This document shows, piece by piece, positions 58,276 to 64,000 of a DNA stretch of 64,000 nucleotides. The position numbers and the translations under genes are program-made. How positions within the stretch are numbered: the first letter of the stretch is position 1; every line of letters begins with the position of its first letter. This DNA comes from a virus. Its lineage: Duplodnaviria > Heunggongvirae > Uroviricota > Caudoviricetes. The stretch spans positions 112,257 through 176,256 of the IMG/VR virus record IMGVR_UViG_3300027833_000012, one strand, 5' to 3'. Under the pieces are notes generated by a model. It ran no database searches. It was given only the letters and a program-made list of their open reading frames with translations, and was not told the DNA's origin.

Positions 58276-59115
58276 TTAATTTATATTATATTTAATTTTT
58301 AAATCATTTTCAACATCTGACTGTTGTGTGTTGTTTAGTGGTGTATTAAAGAATAATATCTCCCCCATATCCCCATTTGTAGTATAAGATGGGCTACCCG
58401 AACTACCTATTTCCAAACCTTCGTCTGGATGTACGATAGGTGTTGAATAACTTTTTGTACCAGAATCACTATCTGGACCTATTATTTCACATTCAATATT
58501 ATTTTCATTATAATGAAACTTATATATGTTCGCTAAACCAGATAAAGGTAAATTCAATCTTACATTAGAAGGTTCTGTATTCCAATTGTTTAACCAAAAT
58601 TTAACATCACCATCATACATTTGTACCCCCCATCCTTGGTTCCAGGTTGTCCCATTTGTTCTAGCTAACACCGTATTTAAACCAAAACCAGGACCACCTG
58701 GTGTGTATTTAAAAACAAAGTATACTGTCATACCACCTACACTATCTAAGACACTAGAATCATTAGCAATTAAAACTTGTTCATCAAACCTTATAGTAGG
58801 GTTATTATTAAATAGTGTGTTACTAGAAATCAATACTGGTGAATCAGGAAACTCACTTGAAATAGCCAATAACCCAGTTATTTTATCACCCCAACTAATA
58901 ATATTACCACTGACATCGGTAACTTCTTCGTTAGCGTCATAATGTAAAGACGGTGTGTAGTCACCACTTCCACCACCACCATCTCCTGGTGCTAACCTAT
59001 CATTTAACCTTTCTAAGTAATGTTGTTCTCTAGAAATACCACCTTCTATATCTTTTGTATTAGTTCCGAACCTTTTATTTTTATTAAAAAAACCAGAATT
59101 ACCTCTTATACTCAT
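58276..59115 (-). CDS. LamG/concanavalin-A-like lectin domain protein
   Basis: LHYDAN..VT..SGNIISWGDK, NNNPTIRFD, MTVYFVFK, LEIGS, GDMGEILFFNTPL...VENDLKIKY. Confidence 0.75.
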   Translation of the reverse strand: MSIRGNSGFFNKNKRFGTNTKDIEGGISREQHYLERLNDRLAPGDGGGGSGDYTPSLHYDANEEVTDVSGNIISWGDKITGLLAISSEFPDSPVLISSNTLFNNNPTIRFDEQVLIANDSSVLDSVGGMTVYFVFKYTPGGPGFGLNTVLARTNGTTWNQGWGVQMYDGDVKFWLNNWNTEPSNVRLNLPLSGLANIYKFHYNENNIECEIIGPDSDSGTKSYSTPIVHPDEGLEIGSSGSPSYTTNGDMGEILFFNTPLNNTQQSDVENDLKIKYNIN

Positions 59116-59879
59116 GAATTATAAATTAATTTTACGTTATTTATTGCCCAAGGTGGGTTTCTTTCCACCGATGTGTCATCAGTCCAACTAAATACCATTC
59201 TTCTATTACAGTTAGTACACCATTGTCCATATCTAGAATCAATTGTAATTATTTCACTAACAAAACTAGTACTAGCTAATTGGTTTCTAGGTGAACCCCC
59301 ATCACCATTGAATTTACCGTTATTTATGTTTGTTTCTAACCTATTAATAAATTCACTATTAAAATCATATTCCGTTCCAGCTATTGGTGTGAATGATTGT
59401 GGTGTTACTATCATAATATAACCGTAATCATAATCTCCTGGACCACCACCATTTTCACCTCGACAAGACCAATCAAACGTTAATGTAAGTGAACTAGCAT
59501 TCGGTGGAATAGTGAAATCGAAAAACATATGTGAGTTTGTGTTTTGACTTTCACTATTGTATGTATTATTAACACCATCGTTTGTTATATACGCTAACTT
59601 AGTACCATTTTCAGTCGGGGGTAAAGGGTTAAAAGGTGTTTCACCAACTATCCAAAAATTAGCTTGTCCAGTATTAAGTACTGTCCATTTATCAAGTGTA
59701 CCATCCTCGAAATCGTCTTCGAATAGTACGTTAGGTACTGTAGGACCTAATTCACCTGATAATCTAGTTAAATAATGTCTTCTAATTGAAAAATTACCAG
59801 CTGAAGTTAGATTAGAAGAATAATTTCTTTTATCTAAACCAATATAACCACCATTACCTTTTTTTATACTTAATCCCAT
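59112..59879 (-). CDS. Carbohydrate-binding jelly-roll (cleaved-adhesin/MAM-like) protein
   Basis: LFEDDFEDGTLDKWTV, LTLTFDWSC.GE...YDYG, RRMVFSW..D......PWAINNVKL. Confidence 0.6.
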   Translation of the reverse strand: MGLSIKKGNGGYIGLDKRNYSSNLTSAGNFSIRRHYLTRLSGELGPTVPNVLFEDDFEDGTLDKWTVLNTGQANFWIVGETPFNPLPPTENGTKLAYITNDGVNNTYNSESQNTNSHMFFDFTIPPNASSLTLTFDWSCRGENGGGPGDYDYGYIMIVTPQSFTPIAGTEYDFNSEFINRLETNINNGKFNGDGGSPRNQLASTSFVSEIITIDSRYGQWCTNCNRRMVFSWTDDTSVERNPPWAINNVKLIYNS

Positions 59880-59885
59880 ATTATT

Positions 59886-60896
59886 TTATGTTACATTCAT
59901 AAACCAACTAAACACTTTATCCGTACCCCCAGTACCTCCACCACCAGTTGAGTTGATACTAAATTCGTTAGTTGATGTTTCTATTATAGTTATATTATTA
60001 CCACCTTCAATTTTTATAACATCATTACCTAAATTAGTAGTTAATGTTAAAATATTACTATCTAAATTAGCACCATTTATAAAAGTATCAGTAAAACTCG
60101 TTATATACCCAGCACCATTTGCCAACTCAACGTTATCGGTTGGTATTGTAGGTGTACCTGTTAAATCATTATAATCTCCACTGAACACACTTAAATCACT
60201 TATTTGTGATTGGGTTATAGTTAATGCTGACTCATATTGAGTCACATCACTTTCACTTACTGTATAATCTGATGTTTCACCTGGGGCTGATAATTGGGTG
60301 ATAGAAATCATACTACCTTCTGGTACTATGTTTGAGACAGTATTAACATTACTGACCCTTTTTAAATAAACACTTATTAAATCACCTTCATTACAGTAAA
60401 CCACTGTTGTTAATGTAATTGACGCTGTATTTATACTAATTTGCCCCCTAACATAAGAATTTCCCCCCTCTTCTTTTAATAAAACGTCATTTATTGCAAA
60501 TAAAGCTGTATCTGTTGTTCTTTGTCCAGATGATTGCATTTTAATCGCTAATGATAACTCGTAATAACCATCGTTAGGTATTGTAACACCATTACTATCA
60601 CTAACCCATGAAGTACCAGTAGAAAAGTTAATATCACCAAAACAACTAACTTTTTTTGGGTTAGTAGAGGTTAAACTCATTGTATCTTTAATTAAATCAA
60701 ATTTTGCTAACACAACACCGTTAGGTGTTCCACCACCTTCACCGAATAATTCCCATGAAGTATTTCCATCTATGTTTTTATAATAATCACCATTAGTTGT
60801 GTTAATGTATAACGTACCTAATTTAGAAGTGTGTGATGGTACACCTTCTGATGATTGTATTCTTGTCTTACCGACTGTTATGTTTGATATGTTCAT
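59886..60896 (-). CDS. Fibre protein with C1q-like beta domain
   Basis: VTIPNDGYYELSLAI...TTVVYCNEGDLISVY resembles C1q; N-term GTLYINTTNGDYYK fibre motif. Confidence 0.55.
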   Translation of the reverse strand: MNISNITVGKTRIQSSEGVPSHTSKLGTLYINTTNGDYYKNIDGNTSWELFGEGGGTPNGVVLAKFDLIKDTMSLTSTNPKKVSCFGDINFSTGTSWVSDSNGVTIPNDGYYELSLAIKMQSSGQRTTDTALFAINDVLLKEEGGNSYVRGQISINTASITLTTVVYCNEGDLISVYLKRVSNVNTVSNIVPEGSMISITQLSAPGETSDYTVSESDVTQYESALTITQSQISDLSVFSGDYNDLTGTPTIPTDNVELANGAGYITSFTDTFINGANLDSNILTLTTNLGNDVIKIEGGNNITIIETSTNEFSINSTGGGGTGGTDKVFSWFMNVT

Positions 60897-60907
60897 ATTT
60901 TTTATTT

Positions 60908-62740
60908 TTAAACAATTGGTTTTGGTTTATATATTCTCATTAAAACACTATCATTTGAAGAATCTTCACTAACAACAAACCCATATAAAATGTTACTATT
61001 ACTATTTTCATTTAAATATGTGCTAGGGTAATTATTATCTAAATAAAGTGTACTACCTGGTACTATTGGTTTATCCATACTTGGGTAAGGTGTGTTTGGT
61101 TCTATAGTTAAATCCCAACCAGTGTCAGATGTTGAACTATCCGATTTAAAATAAAACCTAGCGTATCTCTTACCAGTGTTTATTACTTCACCTATTAAAC
61201 CAACACTTTCTTTAGGGAAAATATATCCATTAGATGTTGGCCCACTAGTACTACTATATGGTGGTGTAGGGTCATCACTCTGAATCATCCAAGGTATTGA
61301 GACGTTTGAGTAATTAATACCATCATCTGATGTTTGTAAACCAAATCTATCATACAAAACACCAGATATTGAGTGTTCGAAGTTAAATTCATTTACTGTA
61401 ATTTTAACAGTATAAATAGAACCAGCATCAAATGTTATCGAATAATTCTCACTATTTTGATAATCTTTATCACCCCCACCACTATCTTGGAAAGTAGTGT
61501 CATTCGTTAAAGACCTTATAGTTCCAGTTGTTGTAGTGTTTAACAATACAGTTTCACTATCATCTATGATAGTGGTTTCTCTTCTAGCGGTACAGAATCC
61601 GTAAACTAAAACCTCACAATCTTCACCATCTAAAACTGTTTGTAATGATATACCAATAACTTCATGTTGACTTGGTAACGCTCCAGGAGTTACTGCAAAC
61701 GCTTTATTATTTTGATAATTCCATATTACTGGTTGACCATTTAAAATATCACCCTTAGCTTTTATAAGAATACTTAAACCATTTCTATCTTGTCTAGGTA
61801 AAGTTAAATCTGACTTAGTAAATGAACTTGGTTCTGTGAAATCTTGCGTTAAATCAGATTTAAAAGCCACTAGTTCTTTAGTGTATCTCCAACCATATTC
61901 TCTTCTAACATAAGGTACAAATATACCACCAATAAATGTAGTACCTTTTATTTGGATATCAGAATCTTCCACACTTATAATTAATCTATAAGCAGCTCCA
62001 TCTTCAAAATCAGTTAATGGTTTTAATTCAAAATCAAAACCATCTAAAGATGTTACTTCTGGTTGTATAATTTCATCGACTATTAATGTATCTTCACCTT
62101 GTAATGTTATCGTATTAGAAAAATTAGTTTCATTAGGGAATAGTAATTCTAATTGTGGGTTATTTTCATCATAACTACTTTCACCAATTCTAAATAACCT
62201 AATTCTAAGGGGTTTAGTTGTTAAAGCTTTTAATTTATATAATTTACCAATAACATCTTGGTTAGAAACTAACGGAAATGATACTGAATTAGTGAATGTT
62301 GTTGTTGTGTCGTCTAACCCTTGTATATCAAATGATGATGGTGAACTAAATTTTTTAACAATTGGGTTAACTGAACCATCATCAGTTATTTCATAATTCA
62401 TTATAATGTAAGTTCTACCATCAAACTTAGTTTTATAACCTAATTCTTGAGTCAAATCTGATACTTTTATAGCATCACCAACCTCAATCGATTGTGGTGG
62501 TACTTGTAAGTCATACTTTGATATTATTTTTGTGATATTACCTTCATTATCTCTTTCTATTGTGAATAATTCATCTAAGTTTAAACCATCTAATGTTACC
62601 CATATAGTACCATTATAAACTTGAATATAATCAATTGTACTATTATATACTAAATCACCCTTCTTAGGTGTTAAATTATCTATTTCTGTTTGAGTTAAAC
62701 TTAAATTAACCCCACTTTTTATACTAAATGTTTCTGCCAT
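60908..62740 (-). CDS. Fibre/adhesin protein with CUB-like domain
   Basis: FQDSGGGDKDYQNSENYSITF...FNFE...YDRF...FYFKSDSSTSDTGW. Confidence 0.7.
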   Translation of the reverse strand: MAETFSIKSGVNLSLTQTEIDNLTPKKGDLVYNSTIDYIQVYNGTIWVTLDGLNLDELFTIERDNEGNITKIISKYDLQVPPQSIEVGDAIKVSDLTQELGYKTKFDGRTYIIMNYEITDDGSVNPIVKKFSSPSSFDIQGLDDTTTTFTNSVSFPLVSNQDVIGKLYKLKALTTKPLRIRLFRIGESSYDENNPQLELLFPNETNFSNTITLQGEDTLIVDEIIQPEVTSLDGFDFELKPLTDFEDGAAYRLIISVEDSDIQIKGTTFIGGIFVPYVRREYGWRYTKELVAFKSDLTQDFTEPSSFTKSDLTLPRQDRNGLSILIKAKGDILNGQPVIWNYQNNKAFAVTPGALPSQHEVIGISLQTVLDGEDCEVLVYGFCTARRETTIIDDSETVLLNTTTTGTIRSLTNDTTFQDSGGGDKDYQNSENYSITFDAGSIYTVKITVNEFNFEHSISGVLYDRFGLQTSDDGINYSNVSIPWMIQSDDPTPPYSSTSGPTSNGYIFPKESVGLIGEVINTGKRYARFYFKSDSSTSDTGWDLTIEPNTPYPSMDKPIVPGSTLYLDNNYPSTYLNENSNSNILYGFVVSEDSSNDSVLMRIYKPKPIV

Positions 62741-62744
62741 AATT

Positions 62745-63998
62745 TTATACGTTAGCTCCAGTAGAATTTATCCAACCACCATTAAAGTAGTAAATAACAT
62801 ACCCTAAATTAGAATCTATAACAACCGTACCTTCAGTAGGGGTGGTTGGTCTAACGGATACAACTGGTATTATTGGAGTATTATCATTATTATTACCTTG
62901 AGTTATTATTTCTTCACTCTTAATCACTTCCCAAGTGGATTTCCAAGTATAGTTGATTGAATTTTCACCCTTAACTTGTACTATTAAATCATCACCACTA
63001 ACTGAATAAACTACATCATCTGGATTTAAACCAATAGATTGTGAATCAAAATCATATGATACCTCTTTAATTTCTAAATCACTACCATTATTAGATAAAG
63101 CTAAAGTTCTTTTAAAAAAACCATAATTATTAGTATTGTTATGTGCTACAACATAATTAACTAATATGACAGAATCATTATTTAACCCACTGTAAGTACT
63201 TATCGTTGTTAAAGTATCATCACTAGTTGTTAAAGTGTCCTCAAACCTAAAAGGTGTAAATGGTATTTCTAAATTAACTTCAGTACTTGTTTCAGTTATT
63301 GTTATAGTACCACCAGTTGATGTTATATTTTTACCCCCACCGCTTATTCCAGTTAAATTGCTACCATCACCATAAAATGTTGTGGCTGAAACACTATTTA
63401 ATGAAATATCATCATCAAGGTTAAATACTACTTCATTATTACTTGGTATATTAGTTGTGATATTTGACCCACCACTTAATGTTAATTGTTCGGTATTATT
63501 TTGAGCAATAGCCACATTACCATCATCACCCTTAAAAGATAACCAAATACTTTGAGGACTGGTAGTTGGTGCACCAGCTTGAAATCTAATTAAATCAATA
63601 TAAAGGTTTAGTCCATTAGCGGTATTATTCTCATCAACCTCTAACCTAACTTTCTTAATTAAATTTGATGACATTTGAAAATCACCTAAAGGTATTGCAA
63701 TTACTTGCCAACTAGATATATCAGCATGTGAAAAACCATACCTATTGTTATCTAATTTAACCTTAATACCATTAATATTCCCATTTTCATCAATAAATGA
63801 TAAATTTATAAAGTGTCTATTTGGCCACTTAACCTTATTCTTGATATAAAAAGTTATTACATTGTTATCACTTATATCAAAATTATTAAGTGATTCTACT
63901 TCGAAAAAATCATTAGTTTGTGTATTTGTGAATTCTATAGATTTAGTACCACTAAATGAATCATTTGTTGAATCTGGATTAATTGTTACTGTGTTTGT
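62745..63998 (-). CDS. Fibre protein, 5' end beyond window; N-terminal part carbohydrate-binding-like
   Basis: Frame remains open upstream of the track ATG (63674) to the window edge: ...SFSGTKSIEF...FYIKNK...WQVIAIPLGDFQMSS; SVSATTFYGDGSNLTGI fibre motif. Confidence 0.65.
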   Translation of the reverse strand, partial: TNTVTINPDSTNDSFSGTKSIEFTNTQTNDFFEVESLNNFDISDNNVITFYIKNKVKWPNRHFINLSFIDENGNINGIKVKLDNNRYGFSHADISSWQVIAIPLGDFQMSSNLIKKVRLEVDENNTANGLNLYIDLIRFQAGAPTTSPQSIWLSFKGDDGNVAIAQNNTEQLTLSGGSNITTNIPSNNEVVFNLDDDISLNSVSATTFYGDGSNLTGISGGGKNITSTGGTITITETSTEVNLEIPFTPFRFEDTLTTSDDTLTTISTYSGLNNDSVILVNYVVAHNNTNNYGFFKRTLALSNNGSDLEIKEVSYDFDSQSIGLNPDDVVYSVSGDDLIVQVKGENSINYTWKSTWEVIKSEEIITQGNNNDNTPIIPVVSVRPTTPTEGTVVIDSNLGYVIYYFNGGWINSTGANV

Positions 63999-64000
63999 TG

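Noticed and set aside
6470-60174. Many short plus-strand and nested ORFs in the track (e.g. 6470..6760, 18915..19232, 22020..22325, 47271..47999, 58526..58942)
   Set aside because: Antisense or alternate-frame shadows of long, motif-bearing genes; low-complexity S/L/I-rich translations; no promoters or starts supporting them
62745-63674. Track start codon at 63674 as the true gene start
   Set aside because: The frame stays open to the window edge, so this ATG is internal
1-64000. Stop-codon reassignment (alternative genetic code)
   Set aside because: Long uninterrupted ORFs tile the window in the standard code, and TAA, TAG and TGA all serve as gene ends
1-64000. tRNA genes, diversity-generating retroelement, transposases
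   Set aside because: No cloverleaf-sized GC-rich intergenic segments, no reverse transcriptase, no TR/VR pair or terminal inverted repeats recognised by eye

Overview
64 kb segment of a very AT-rich (roughly 27% GC by eye) large tailed phage with a contractile tail (T4-like/jumbo myovirus), read in the standard genetic code. Almost all genes are on the minus strand. In transcription order (right to left) it holds: tail-fibre/lectin-like accessory proteins (57-64 kb); tail sheath and tube; a tail-assembly chaperone; tape measure; tube-initiator, LysM/gp53-like and hub baseplate proteins; an amidase; a replication/recombination block (gp32-like SSB, UvsX, 5'-3' exonuclease, DnaB-like helicase, class Ia RNR alpha/beta); gp25 and gp6 wedge genes; a long baseplate/tail-tip block; and a RuvC-like resolvase running off the left edge. 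Several TT(T)G-N20-TAnnTTTG promoters, SprB repeats and a GYAS-type OmpA domain point to a Bacteroidota (probably Flavobacteriia) host. Most notable observations: (1) a likely +1/-2 programmed frameshift at a U7 run joining the tail chaperone to a downstream start-less frame; (2) a near-pure-AT 26-28 bp tandem array directly downstream of a host-type promoter (candidate R-loop/iteron origin); (3) an unannotated ribbon-helix-helix gene with heptad operators divergent from the sheath gene; (4) virion-region proteins carrying host surface/gliding-adhesin-like domains (SprB, CUB, LamG, C1q, OmpA); (5) a candidate late-promoter motif TATTTAT, the reverse complement of the T4 late promoter core. No tRNA, CRISPR, intron/intein or transposase was seen. 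All product calls come from motif recognition by eye, with no database search.
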